Assembly: GCA_964400105.1 (NCBI GenBank)
Contig: CAYNTG010000001.1
Coordinates: forward strand, 18,885 to 63,101
Length of the DNA stretch: 44,217 nucleotides
Direction: 5' to 3'
Source of the DNA: an uncultured bacterium
GTDB taxonomy: Bacteria > UBP14 > UBA6098
A model generated the notes under the pieces. That model was not told the DNA's origin and did no database searches. It saw only the letters and a program-made list of their open reading frames with translations. Positions 1 through 9,231 of this stretch are shown here, piece by piece. A program made the position numbers and the translations under genes. Position 1 is the stretch's first letter. Every line of letters starts with the position of its first letter.

Positions 1-1265
1 TATCGAAGTGCATCCACGACATTGAGTTTGCTTGCTTTGCGTGCCGGAATTATCCCGAACACCACGCCGACGAGGAACGAGAAGACCAATCCCATTATGA
101 TCAGGGATAGTGGGACAACGAGATCGAGCGATGCCTGCGCACCGTTTTCGGCGGGAAGAGCGATAGATCCGAAAGCGTTTGCGGCACCGACCACGATTGC
201 CATTCCGATAATGCCGCCAACCGACGAAAGCAGTATCGCTTCGATGGCGAACTGCATAAGAACCTGCCGCGAGGAAGCTCCGCACGCTTTCCGGATGCCT
301 ATCTCCTTCGTGCGCTCGCGGACTGCGACGAACATGACGTTCATAATGCCTATCCCGGCCACGAAAAGGCTAACCGCCGCGATTAGTATCACGACGAATG
401 CGGCGGCACCGGTAATCTTGCCGAAAAGGGCCTCCATCATCTCGGATGTAACGATGGAGAAGTCGTTATCGTCCTCCGGTCGAAGGCTTCTCAATCTGCG
501 CATCGTCGTAACAACCTCGTCCTCGGCGCTTCCCATCATGCCGGGCTCAGCCTCGACATTGATCTTCATGTGCCATATAAGCCACCGCCAGTGTTTGACG
601 GCTGCGGTAATCGGAACTATCGCGACCTGATCCGGGTTCGCGCCCAGGGTCGATCCAACGCTTTCAAGAAGACCAACGACCTTGCACGGCAACGGACCTA
701 TGCGAATCTCCTCGCCTATCGGGTCCATGCCGGGGAAGAATTCCTCTGCGACTTCCTTTCCGATAACGCAGACATAGCGTCTTCTTAAAATATCGTTCTC
801 TGTCAAAAATCTTCCGTCGGCAAGCTCGTAAATACCGCCTTGCAGGAAATCCTCGTTCGTTGCGATCACGTTGTAACTTTCATCCGACCTCTTCTTGCCA
901 TGGCGAAAACGACGATCGATATTCGCCACCGGCGCGACCGATTTAACCGATTTGCAATCCTCGCGAATATCATCGATGTAGTCGAGATCGAGGCGCGGCC
1001 TTCGCCAGAGATCGAAAAGCGCCTGCCGATCCCCCGAGGACCAATTCATGGCCATCTCGATCTGGCTCAACTTTTCGATAGTAAAGGTGTTCGCTCCCAT
1101 CTGCGATGCCTGCGCGGAAAACGCCATCTCCATACTCTTTGCGAGCGAACTCATTCCTATCACGGCCATTACTCCGATCACCACACCTAAAATCGAGAGA
1201 AAACCACGTAACCGATTGTGGTTTAGACCTTTAATCGCAACACCGATCGTGCTAAAGATAGTCAT
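1..1265 (-). CDS. ABC transporter permease, MacB/FtsX family (3' end cut by window edge)
   Basis: Not in the ORF track; translated by hand. ATG at 1263-1265 overlaps the upstream TGA (TGATG). Reads MTIFSTIGVAIKGLNHNRLRGFLSILGVVIGVMAVI...GIGIMNVMFVAVRERTKEIGIRKACGA...PARKASKLNVVDALR, with no stop before position 1. Confidence 0.93.
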   Translation of the reverse strand, partial: MTIFSTIGVAIKGLNHNRLRGFLSILGVVIGVMAVIGMSSLAKSMEMAFSAQASQMGANTFTIEKLSQIEMAMNWSSGDRQALFDLWRRPRLDLDYIDDIREDCKSVKSVAPVANIDRRFRHGKKRSDESYNVIATNEDFLQGGIYELADGRFLTENDILRRRYVCVIGKEVAEEFFPGMDPIGEEIRIGPLPCKVVGLLESVGSTLGANPDQVAIVPITAAVKHWRWLIWHMKINVEAEPGMMGSAEDEVVTTMRRLRSLRPEDDNDFSIVTSEMMEALFGKITGAAAFVVILIAAVSLFVAGIGIMNVMFVAVRERTKEIGIRKACGASSRQVLMQFAIEAILLSSVGGIIGMAIVVGAANAFGSIALPAENGAQASLDLVVPLSLIIMGLVFSFLVGVVFGIIPARKASKLNVVDALR

Positions 1266-2482
1266 CAGCCGAACCTCAATGCCTCGACCGGTGGTTTTCT
1301 CGCGGCCTTGACGGCGGGATACATCCCGAAAAATATCCCCGTCGCGCTCGTGAATGCAAACCCCATAGCCACAGCCAATCCCGAAACTACGAAAACGAGA
1401 GGCGAAATCGCGGCGACAATACCAGCGAAAGCGATTCCGGCGATGGCACCAACTATTCCGCCAAGCCAGCAAACCAGCAGCGCTTCGAGGAGAAACTGCA
1501 CGAGTATAAACGACCGCTTCGCGCCCACGGCCTTGCGAACGCCGATCTCGCGGGTTCGCTCCGTTACGGAGATCAACATGATGTTCATGATACCGACCCC
1601 GCCGACCAAAAGAGAAAGCCCCGCTATACCGACCAGCACGATCCACAGCACACGGGTTATTTTGCGGAATTGATTGAGCATGAAGTCCTGCTTGTTGATG
1701 CCGAAATTGTCCGGCTCGCCGGGATGTAGTCCCCGTGAGGCACGAAGCATCATCCGGCATTCGTCCTCGGTCTCGTCGAGGAGTTTCTCCGATGGAGCGC
1801 TGACCATGATCTCGACGCCCCACCTTCGACCGAACATCCTGTCCGAAGCGGAAAGCGGGATAAAAACCTTGTTATCCGGGGCCAGTCCGCTCATGTTCGC
1901 GATCATGTTGCCCTGTTTTTCAATAACGCCGATTACGCGAAACGGTATTCGTTCGATCTCGATATACCGGTTAATCGGGTCCTCGCCCGACTCGAATAGG
2001 TTTTTACATACCTCCGCACCTAGGATACAGAGGCTTCGGCCACGCTCAGCCTCGTAAGCTGTGAAGAACCGGCCCTTCTCGACGGGAACCACGCGGACGA
2101 GGTGGTAATCCTGCGTCGTGCCGACGATCTGAATGCCGGAGGCGGTTTTTTCGTTGCGTGAAAGCTCTCCCCATGTTTCCCGCGTTGGCACGACATATTC
2201 GGCCAGCTCGACGCGATGCAGCGCCTCGATCTCCTTTTCGCCGATCCTCGGCGCTCGCCGGAAGTATTCACCGCCCCATTGATGCCTGCTTATATAGAGA
2301 ACCCGTGTTCCCATCCGGGAGAACTCTTTTGCGACCATGCCGTCGAGACCGGCCATTATCGAGACGATAGCAATTATTGTCGCCACTCCCACCGCGATGC
2401 TGAGCATCGTGAGCATCGTCCTAAGGAATCGCCCCTTGAGAGATATAAATGCCGCCCGCATACTCTCGATGAAAAGATACAT
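1265..2482 (-). CDS. ABC transporter permease, MacB/FtsX family
   Basis: RTMLTMLSIAVGVA first TM helix, large periplasmic domain, GGVGIMNIMLISVTERTREIGVRKAVGA signature, C-terminal PVEALR. Confidence 0.95.
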   Translation of the reverse strand: MYLFIESMRAAFISLKGRFLRTMLTMLSIAVGVATIIAIVSIMAGLDGMVAKEFSRMGTRVLYISRHQWGGEYFRRAPRIGEKEIEALHRVELAEYVVPTRETWGELSRNEKTASGIQIVGTTQDYHLVRVVPVEKGRFFTAYEAERGRSLCILGAEVCKNLFESGEDPINRYIEIERIPFRVIGVIEKQGNMIANMSGLAPDNKVFIPLSASDRMFGRRWGVEIMVSAPSEKLLDETEDECRMMLRASRGLHPGEPDNFGINKQDFMLNQFRKITRVLWIVLVGIAGLSLLVGGVGIMNIMLISVTERTREIGVRKAVGAKRSFILVQFLLEALLVCWLGGIVGAIAGIAFAGIVAAISPLVFVVSGLAVAMGFAFTSATGIFFGMYPAVKAARKPPVEALRFG

Positions 2483-3175
2483 CTATCCCTTGTGTTTGAT
2501 GATGTCCGAGGCTATCGAACCGTCGAGGATATGCACCGTTCGCCTCGCATGTTCGGCGACCGATGCCTCGTGCGTTACGAGAATAATGACATGCCCCTTG
2601 CTTGAAAGATCGTCCAGAAGATGCATTATCTCATCGCCCGTTTGGCTATCGAGGTTTCCGGTAGGTTCGTCGGCGAGGACGATATCCGGTTCCGTTACGA
2701 GCGCTCGCGCTATGGCTACCCGCTGCCTCTGGCCGCCGGATAGCTCGTTTGGTTTGTGGTGCATCCTATCCGCTAAACCGACCGTTTCGAGGACGTTTTC
2801 CGCTTTCCTGCGCCGCTCTTTCCAGCCGAGACCGGCATAGATAAGGGGCAATTCGACGTTTCCAAGCGCGGTTGTTCTCGGAAGGAGGTTGAACGTCTGA
2901 AAAATAAACCCAACCTTTCGATTTCGCATCGCCGCGAGCTGTGCATCGCCGAATTCGCTAACCTCCGCGCCGTCCAAATAATATTTGCCGTCCGTCGGCA
3001 GGTCGAGCATCCCGATTATGTTTAGAAGCGTCGATTTACCGCTGCCGGAAGGCCCAGTGATTGCGACGTATTCGAGATGGTCGATTGTCAAATCCAAGCC
3101 GCGAAGGGCATGGACCTCCCTTTTCCCCATCTTATAAACCTTTGTAACACCTTTAAGCTCAATCAAAGCGGGCAT
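2483..3175 (-). CDS. ABC transporter ATP-binding protein, MacB/LolD family
   Basis: Walker [24 protein letters not shown], Walker [14 protein letters not shown]. Start uncertain (3175, 3187 or 3199). Confidence 0.96.
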   Translation of the reverse strand: MPALIELKGVTKVYKMGKREVHALRGLDLTIDHLEYVAITGPSGSGKSTLLNIIGMLDLPTDGKYYLDGAEVSEFGDAQLAAMRNRKVGFIFQTFNLLPRTTALGNVELPLIYAGLGWKERRRKAENVLETVGLADRMHHKPNELSGGQRQRVAIARALVTEPDIVLADEPTGNLDSQTGDEIMHLLDDLSSKGHVIILVTHEASVAEHARRTVHILDGSIASDIIKHKG

Positions 3176-4433
3176 TCCGACTTCCATTTCCTTTTTCACC
3201 GCCTGTTATCCGAACGCGATCCCCGTCTTCGATCTCGCGCAGCGCCTTATATCGACCGATAACGACCTCTTCTTTACCATCGAGGCCCTCGACGATCTCG
3301 ATATATCGATCGTCGGCGATGCCGGTTTTCACGATCTTTTGGACAGCGATCTCCTTTTCCACTGCGAATACGGCTTCATCCGAACGTTTAAAACCATTGA
3401 AATTTTCCCCGTCTTTTCGAGATTCGGGATCCTTCTCTTCAGCTTCATCTTCCTTCTTTTTTGCCGCGACAACCGCCTGAATCGGCACGGCCAACACGCT
3501 GTCCGCTTTCGCCACCTCGATCTCTGCAGAACAGCTCATCCCCGGTCGAATCCCATCCAATCGGTCGGATACAGCTACCTTCACCTCGAAGTTTGCGACC
3601 GTTTCCTGGCCGCCGATATTTTGAAGGGTCGCCCGATTGGCTATCTTTATAACAGTTCCGGTGAGGAATGTATCGGGGAATGCATCGACCTCGATTCGAG
3701 CCTCCTGGCCAATTTCCAGATCGACGACATCCGCCTCGTCCACGCTGACCACTGCCTCCATTGCATCGAGCTGTGCGAGCGTCATTATCGCGCTTCCGGC
3801 GATATTTGTAGTTCCTGTGATGACGTTCTCGCCTGCCTCGGCATAGAGTTTAACTATGACGCCGGAAACCGGAGCGAGCATCGTCGTTTGGTCGAGATTA
3901 TCCTGAGCCTCGTCGAGCGCAGCTCTCGCTCTGGCGACTCCGTCGCGCGTGGAGGCAATCTCGGCCTCGAGCAGCTTCACCTGCGTTACCGCTCTTTTTA
4001 ATGCATCCTCGGAGACGAGGTTTTTGTCGAACATCGATCGCGTCTTGCGCTCCGTATCGCGCGCCTGGTCGAGGTTGACATCGACCCTATCGACCTGTGC
4101 CCCGGAGCCGCGAAGCGAAGCCTTTGCGGAATTCAGCGAGGCTACATAGCGTGTTTTTTCGAGCGTGACGAGCGTGTCCCCCTTCTCGACCGTGTCACCC
4201 TCCTCGATATAGATATTTTCGATCTGGCCGATGATCCTCGTCGAGATATCGACCTCCACCTCCGGGCTTAGCCGTCCGAACGCGGTGACGACCTGCGATA
4301 TATCACGCCTTTCGACCTTCTCGGTTTGGACCTCGATACCGTTTGTAGATCGCTTTTTGATTGCGACACCGACCGCTACGACAATCGCAACAAGAACGAT
4401 CAGGATAATTATTACTATAACAACTCGTTTCAT
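3159..4433 (-). CDS. Periplasmic adaptor / membrane fusion protein, MacA/HlyD family
   Basis: N-terminal membrane anchor, lipoyl half-motifs ([13 protein letters not shown]; APVSGVI), coiled-coil hairpin, [14 protein letters not shown]. Confidence 0.94.
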   Translation of the reverse strand: MKRVVIVIIILIVLVAIVVAVGVAIKKRSTNGIEVQTEKVERRDISQVVTAFGRLSPEVEVDISTRIIGQIENIYIEEGDTVEKGDTLVTLEKTRYVASLNSAKASLRGSGAQVDRVDVNLDQARDTERKTRSMFDKNLVSEDALKRAVTQVKLLEAEIASTRDGVARARAALDEAQDNLDQTTMLAPVSGVIVKLYAEAGENVITGTTNIAGSAIMTLAQLDAMEAVVSVDEADVVDLEIGQEARIEVDAFPDTFLTGTVIKIANRATLQNIGGQETVANFEVKVAVSDRLDGIRPGMSCSAEIEVAKADSVLAVPIQAVVAAKKKEDEAEEKDPESRKDGENFNGFKRSDEAVFAVEKEIAVQKIVKTGIADDRYIEIVEGLDGKEEVVIGRYKALREIEDGDRVRITGGEKGNGSRNARFD

Positions 4434-4467
4434 CGCCCCTCCAACAAATAGGATTTGGATCGTGAAT

Positions 4468-5742
4468 TTATTCTATGCCCGACCAACGGGCAAGTTCGGC
4501 GATAGCCATGTTGTAATCGAATCTTGCGCCAATAGCTTCATCTTCGGCCTCGCGGAGCGAGAGTTCGGCTTCGAGGGTCTCGAACAGCGTGCTATCGCCC
4601 AGCTTGAATTTTTCGCTGAAAAGCTCGGCGTTAAGACGCGCGTCCTCGACCCTCGCCTCGGCAAGATCGATTCTCGCGCCGGATTCCTCGCTTTGTCTGT
4701 AAGCATCCCTCACGGAAGCCTCGATAGATTGAATTACCATTTTGAGATTTGTTTCGGCGTCCCTGAGTGAGCTATTTGCGCTTCTGATGCTCGCGATTCG
4801 CGATGTCCCTGCGAAAATGGTCCAATTGGCCGACAGGCCGACGCTCCACGAAGCTTCGTCGTCGAATTCGGGTAGCGTCGAAGGCATTTCGGAGTTGCTC
4901 CAGTTATACGAATATGAAGCGCTGACTCCGGGAATATATGCGGACCACGTCGAGATATTCGAAAGACGCGCCCGCCGGCGCGCCAACTCGGCGGAACTAA
5001 CCTGCGGGCTGTTATTTATCGCGGCATCGAGATAATCATCGAGCGTTGCGGACTCGCGTGTTTGCGCTTGCGGTTCGACAAGCTCGATCTTCGTCTCGAA
5101 CGGCATCGAAAGGAGCATCAGAAGCGATTCTATCGATTTTCGTTCGGTATTTTTCGTCTGGATGCCGGTCAATCTTGTCTGTGCGAGGCTGACCTTTATC
5201 TGTGTAACCTCGGTCGGATCGGCGAGACCAAGCTCGTCGCGGGCCATAACGAGCTCCATCTGATCCTCGGTTCTTCGAAGGGCGTTATTTGCATTTTCCG
5301 CCACGCTTTTCGAGCTTAAAACCGAATAAAAAGCCAATTTTACATTGTAAATTAGCGCGGCCTCTCGATCGGCGAGATCGTTTCTCGAACCATCGCGGGA
5401 AAGGAGCGCGCTTTTCGTTCCGAGGTAGTTATTTCCTCCTGCAAAGATGGTTTGATTCGCGGATAAACCCGCGCTGTAACGGCCATTATCCACATCGTTT
5501 TCGCCCTTCGACCATGAAAAACTTGTGCTCGCTCCGGGCATAAAGCTCGAAAGACTCGAAAGATACGACGCTTCGGAGCGAACTAACGACTCGCGATTCA
5601 TCGATATGCCGTAATTATCTTTAAGAGCAATATCGATACAACGATAGAGTGTAAGTGGTCTCGATTGGTCGAAGGATTGCACCTGCGCTTGCGCAAAGAT
5701 AATGCTCACAGGCAATAGGAGAATAATCGTGAATTTGTTCAT
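4468..5742 (-). CDS. TolC-family outer membrane efflux protein
   Basis: Signal peptide MNKFTIILLLPVSIIFAQA after a GGAG RBS, so start moved from 5805 to 5742. LTLxxCIDIALxxN start, duplicated OEP helical repeats, YNMAIAELARWSG end. Confidence 0.9.
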   Translation of the reverse strand: MNKFTIILLLPVSIIFAQAQVQSFDQSRPLTLYRCIDIALKDNYGISMNRESLVRSEASYLSSLSSFMPGASTSFSWSKGENDVDNGRYSAGLSANQTIFAGGNNYLGTKSALLSRDGSRNDLADREAALIYNVKLAFYSVLSSKSVAENANNALRRTEDQMELVMARDELGLADPTEVTQIKVSLAQTRLTGIQTKNTERKSIESLLMLLSMPFETKIELVEPQAQTRESATLDDYLDAAINNSPQVSSAELARRRARLSNISTWSAYIPGVSASYSYNWSNSEMPSTLPEFDDEASWSVGLSANWTIFAGTSRIASIRSANSSLRDAETNLKMVIQSIEASVRDAYRQSEESGARIDLAEARVEDARLNAELFSEKFKLGDSTLFETLEAELSLREAEDEAIGARFDYNMAIAELARWSGIE

Positions 5743-5808
5743 TTCGACTCCATGTTCATGAAGAGCGCTCAAAAAACATTTTTTTCTTAAAACATATATG
5801 CACAATTA

Positions 5809-5824
5809 TGCACAATCGGTGCCA
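5809..5824 (-). promoter_or_regulatory. Putative sigma54 (-24/-12) promoter of the tolC-macAB operon
   Basis: Minus strand reads TGGCACCGATTGTGCA, i.e. GG-N10-GC with TGGCAC, about 65 nt upstream of the tolC ATG and just downstream of a terminator. Confidence 0.55.
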
Positions 5825-5835
5825 TTAGCACAATT

Positions 5836-5860
5836 AAAAAAAAGCCCCTTACGGGGCTTT
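5836..5860 (-). terminator. Rho-independent terminator after tonB
   Basis: Minus strand AAAGCCCC-GTAA-GGGGCTTT continuing into a T run. Confidence 0.85.
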
Positions 5861-5881
5861 AAATATAGTTTTTGCAGGCTA

Positions 5882-6505
5882 TTATCGCAGCTCGAATTTC
5901 ATCGGTATCTGGAATCGAACCCTTACCGGTTTGTCGCGCTGTTTTGCAGGAGTGAACTCCCATTTTTTTGCAGCGGCAATAGCGGCCTCCTCGAAAAAAC
6001 CCTCCGGTTTGGCCTGGATAACCTCCGCTCTTTCGACCTTCCCATCGATGCCGATCACAACCTGCACGAGAACCACCCCTTCGACCTGCGCCTTTTTGGC
6101 TAAATCGGGATAATCCGGCTTCACCTCTTTGACTGGAGTCGGTGGAGCTTCGAGCGCGAAGAAATCGACCACGTCATCGTCTTCGGGAGGCGGCGGAATG
6201 AATGAGTCCACATTCAAATCGGTAATATCGATAGTAATCGTATCGGGGATTTCCTCATCCTCGCTGGCGATAACCTCTGCTATCCTTGGTTTTGGAGGCT
6301 CCTCTTTCTTTATCTGCTGTCGTGTCTGTTCGACATCCTCGATCTGGATAGTCTGTTGATATTCGGGGCCTTCCAGTTTTTTAGCATTAACGGTAATAAA
6401 TGTCAAAACCACTATTAGAATCCCCGCAATGGTGATAATCAGGCTCTTGCGGCTGTTTAAACCCCATTTGGATGGAAGATCAGCTTTGGGATCTCTATAC
6501 CTCAT
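5882..6505 (-). CDS. tonB: Energy transducer TonB
   Basis: N-terminal TM, acidic/Pro linker (EEPPKP, PPPP), TonB_C motif YPDLAKKAQVEGVVLVQVVIGIDGKV...FEEAAIAAAKKWEFTPA. Confidence 0.92.
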   Translation of the reverse strand: MRYRDPKADLPSKWGLNSRKSLIITIAGILIVVLTFITVNAKKLEGPEYQQTIQIEDVEQTRQQIKKEEPPKPRIAEVIASEDEEIPDTITIDITDLNVDSFIPPPPEDDDVVDFFALEAPPTPVKEVKPDYPDLAKKAQVEGVVLVQVVIGIDGKVERAEVIQAKPEGFFEEAAIAAAKKWEFTPAKQRDKPVRVRFQIPMKFELR

Positions 6506-6508
6506 GGC

Positions 6509-6922
6509 CTAACCTTCCGAAAGGGTTGCAAAGTTTATCCTCAACGCGTTTGCCTCTTTAAGTTCCTCCATGAGCAAAGCGACGCTTCCATATTGTGCTT
6601 TTTCATCTGCACGGATAGATACGATAATCGCGGGGTTTGCGATCATCTTATCGCTCATAACGGGTTTTACTTCACCCATCGATATCATCATGTCATCGAT
6701 ATTTATGTTATTTTCCCTATCGATCCATATGTATATAATATCCCTTTTTGCCTCGATTTTCTGTGTGGCTTTCGCTAGCGGAAGCTTTATGCGAAGGCCT
6801 TGATATTCCTTAAATACCGTGACCGTCATGAAAAAGATAAGCAGAAGAAATACGATATCGGCTAACGAAGCGTTCGGTATTTCGCTATTGAGCTTAGATT
6901 TTTGTTTGAATCCAACTGCCAA
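6509..6922 (-). CDS. exbD: Biopolymer transporter ExbD
   Basis: SLADIVFLLLIFFM TM helix with the conserved Asp; IRADEKAQYG; TTG start after a GGAGG RBS. Confidence 0.92.
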   Translation of the reverse strand: MAVGFKQKSKLNSEIPNASLADIVFLLLIFFMTVTVFKEYQGLRIKLPLAKATQKIEAKRDIIYIWIDRENNINIDDMMISMGEVKPVMSDKMIANPAIIVSIRADEKAQYGSVALLMEELKEANALRINFATLSEG

Positions 6923-7019
6923 TTTATCCTCCGAACAAAAGGAGTATTCTCATCGACTCCTCATTACAAATATATAAATAACCGAACGAATTATCCAGCA
7001 TTGACCGGTTCTCGACGTA

Positions 7020-7445
7020 TCAAAAATGCGGTGTTGCAATCGAGATTTTCGTTGCTCCGGCAAGTTTGATCTCGTCGAGGACATCGATCATCGAACGATA
7101 TTCCGCTTTCGGATGTGCGAGAAGGCTGATAATAATCTCCTCATCCATACCCTTTTCCCTCTTATATTCCTTCCGCTTTTCCTCGATCTTCGATCTCACT
7201 TCTCCCAGTGTCGCATTCTCACCACCGACGAGGATTCCCCCTTCTTGATTCACGAATACGTTGAGAACGTTTGTCTTGAAAATCTCGATTTGTTCGCCGG
7301 GAGGGGGTAGAGTGATCCCGATCCCTTTTGCGGGGTTCATACTCGTTGTTACGAGGAAGAATATCAGCAACAGAAATACGATATCCGCCAGACTGGATGT
7401 CGGTATCTCCGTTTTGGGCTTCGCGTGCCTTTTGAGCTTCGACAC
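7020..7445 (-). CDS. exbD: Biopolymer transporter ExbD (second paralog)
   Basis: SLADIVFLLLIFFLVTT; AEYRSMIDVLDEIKLAG. Confidence 0.92.
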   Translation of the reverse strand: MSKLKRHAKPKTEIPTSSLADIVFLLLIFFLVTTSMNPAKGIGITLPPPGEQIEIFKTNVLNVFVNQEGGILVGGENATLGEVRSKIEEKRKEYKREKGMDEEIIISLLAHPKAEYRSMIDVLDEIKLAGATKISIATPHF

Positions 7446-7453
7446 GAATCCCC

Positions 7454-8071
7454 CTATTTGGCTATAAGATTATTATCGATGAGAAACTCCACTAATTTAT
7501 TGGAGTAGTCCTCCATATCGACAACCATTCGATCGACCTTATTCACGAAGTAGTTAAAGAAAATCTGCATCGGGATAGCTATTGCCAATCCCGAAAAGGT
7601 TGTCAGAAGCGCGGTTGAGATACCGCCAGCTACCTCGCTTGGAACGATGTCGTTCGATTTTGCGATAGTGTCGAAAGCGATGATCATGCCTTGCACGGTT
7701 CCGAGGAATCCGAGCATCGGTGCGACGCTGATGATCGTTGAAAGCCAGATCATTCCTCTTTCGAGGAATCCGAGCTGCACGGCGGCCTCGTTCTCGATCG
7801 CTCTTTCGACATAGGCTAGACCTCGATCTGCCCTTTCGAGACCAGCGTGAAATAGCGCCGAAAGTGGACCGCGAGTCTTTTCACAAAATTCGATTGTCTT
7901 CTTCACACCACCGGATTTCAGCGCGCCAATGGTATTTTTGTAGAACTTTTTGCTATTGATGCTCGCACGCCCTATAAGCCAAAACTTGACGATGGTGAAT
8001 GCGATTCCGATAATGAACAGCCCCAACAGGGGATACATGAGGAATCCACCCTTATTGAAATAATAAACCAT
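7454..8071 (-). CDS. exbB: MotA/TolQ/ExbB proton channel protein
   Basis: APMLGFLGTVQGMI and GGISTALLTTFSGLAIAIP. ATG at 8071 preferred over TTG at 8077 on RBS spacing. Confidence 0.93.
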   Translation of the reverse strand: MVYYFNKGGFLMYPLLGLFIIGIAFTIVKFWLIGRASINSKKFYKNTIGALKSGGVKKTIEFCEKTRGPLSALFHAGLERADRGLAYVERAIENEAAVQLGFLERGMIWLSTIISVAPMLGFLGTVQGMIIAFDTIAKSNDIVPSEVAGGISTALLTTFSGLAIAIPMQIFFNYFVNKVDRMVVDMEDYSNKLVEFLIDNNLIAK

Positions 8072-8130
8072 CGGCAATGCCCCTTTCTGAGTTCGATATC
8101 ATGATTTTCATTTTTCGATTACGAACCTTG

Positions 8131-8159
8131 AATATAAACAGCCAAATGGTTCAAGTCAA
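8131..8159 (-). promoter_or_regulatory. Sigma70-type promoter of exbB-exbD-exbD-tonB
   Basis: TTGACT-N17-TATATT on the minus strand. Confidence 0.6.
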
Positions 8160-8236
8160 ATAAAAAATACATCCAAAAAAATTTCGTTTCGTTTGTAATC
8201 CTCGAATCTAAATATCGTCGTGGGGAATTTGCATTA

Positions 8237-8264
8237 TTGACATTGCGAAACGTAGATGTATAAT
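8237..8264 (+). promoter_or_regulatory. Consensus sigma70-type promoter
   Basis: TTGACA-N16-TATAAT. Confidence 0.7.
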
Positions 8265-8276
8265 TTATATTTGGGT

Positions 8277-8294
8277 TGTGTAACTCTTTACACA
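8277..8294. promoter_or_regulatory. Palindromic operator-like site
   Basis: TGTGTAA-CTCT-TTACACA, just downstream of the predicted +1. Confidence 0.4.
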
Positions 8295-8505
8295 TAGAGG
8301 GATTCGCGTGCGAGGTTTCTGAAATTTCTATGTGAAAATATTATAAAAAAGCTCGAAATGATAGATTGGCGTCCATACATGTTTTGCGGCGGATTATGCA
8401 CTACTCGGACGGGTTCGAGCATTCACAATTACAGGTGTGCGGAGAAGATTTTCATTCCTCGGCGCCTATTACACATTACCTATTACCCAAATCAAAGGAG
8501 TCATC

Positions 8506-8859
8506 GTGTTTAAATCCATATTCTTATCGATAACGATTCTCATCGCGCTCGCCGTTCCGGCGTTGGGGCAGAATTGTTGCGACAGCGATTTCGATGATGG
8601 CATTGCCGGTTGTTTCGGGTGCGCCGTGATGATATTCGGGATTTTCGTAGCGCTAATATTATTGGCTCTTTCGATATGGGCGACCGTATGGGTCTCGAAG
8701 GATGCGAAAGCGAGAGGTTTGGAGAGTGCGTCGCTGTTCACGATCCTCATGATAGTGGGGATTTTATTCCGCTTCTGGTGGATCGTTTGGATCGTCTATC
8801 TCCTTACGAGACCGAAGGATAAGCAGATCGCCTCCGAGCGGGAAATATCCGACGATTAA
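8506..8859 (+). CDS. Small membrane protein with signal peptide and Cys-rich N-terminus
   Basis: GTG at 8506 after AAGGAG; signal peptide ending PALG; QNCCDSDFDDGIAGCFGC; TM helices; WVSKDAKARG...VYLLTRP. Confidence 0.75.
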   Translation: MFKSIFLSITILIALAVPALGQNCCDSDFDDGIAGCFGCAVMIFGIFVALILLALSIWATVWVSKDAKARGLESASLFTILMIVGILFRFWWIVWIVYLLTRPKDKQIASEREISDD

Positions 8860-8862
8860 GGC

Positions 8863-9177
8863 GTGTCGTTGCGAACGACACTAATTCTGGTCATCGCTCT
8901 ATCGACGATCTCGATAGCAGCCGATCTTTGCCGTCCGGCGGATCGGCAGACGCTATCGCGAATCGCAATATCCCAGATACATTTCTATCAAAAATATATC
9001 TCGCCGAAATTTTCCCAAAAACTCGGGATCCATTGCAAGTTCACGCCGACGTGCAGCGAATACGCTGTCGAGGCTATCACTCGATACGGCATGATAAAAG
9101 GTGGATGGCTTGCGGCAAAGCGGATCGCACGATGCAATCGATGGAACGACGATTTTGGATTCGATCCGGTGCCATAA
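8863..9177 (+). CDS. yidD: YidD-like (membrane protein insertion efficiency factor / haemolytic domain) protein with hydrophobic N-terminal extension
   Basis: YQKYISP...CKFTPTCSEYAVEAITRYG...RIARCN...GFDPVP. Confidence 0.85.
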   Translation: MSLRTTLILVIALSTISIAADLCRPADRQTLSRIAISQIHFYQKYISPKFSQKLGIHCKFTPTCSEYAVEAITRYGMIKGGWLAAKRIARCNRWNDDFGFDPVP

Positions 9178-9205
9178 AAAAAGGGCGGGTTATAGAACCC
9201 GCCCT
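9176..9205 (-). terminator. Rho-independent terminator between convergent genes
   Basis: 10-bp stem AGGGCGGGTT/AACCCGCCCT with 4-nt loop; T run follows on the minus strand. Confidence 0.85.
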
Positions 9206-9231
9206 CTATAGTCACCTGTGACCATCTCAAA

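Noticed and set aside
22-1311. Plus-strand ORFs 22-630, 570-788, 840-1190 and 1048-1311
   Set aside because: They are antisense shadows of the minus-strand MacB-type permease and carry no motifs.
3159-3199. Overlap of the adaptor and ATPase ORFs as a possible frameshift
   Set aside because: With the ATG at 3175 the overlap is only 17 nt and both proteins look complete, consistent with ordinary translational coupling.
8277-8294. Palindrome as a Rex or CRP site
   Set aside because: It does not fit TTGTGAA-N4-TTCACAA or TGTGA-N6-TCACA in register, so it was kept only as an unassigned operator.
8358-8513. ~51-codon ORF (MIDWRPYMFCGGLC...) in the long leader
   Set aside because: No RBS, no recognisable motif, and it overlaps the better-supported start at 8506.
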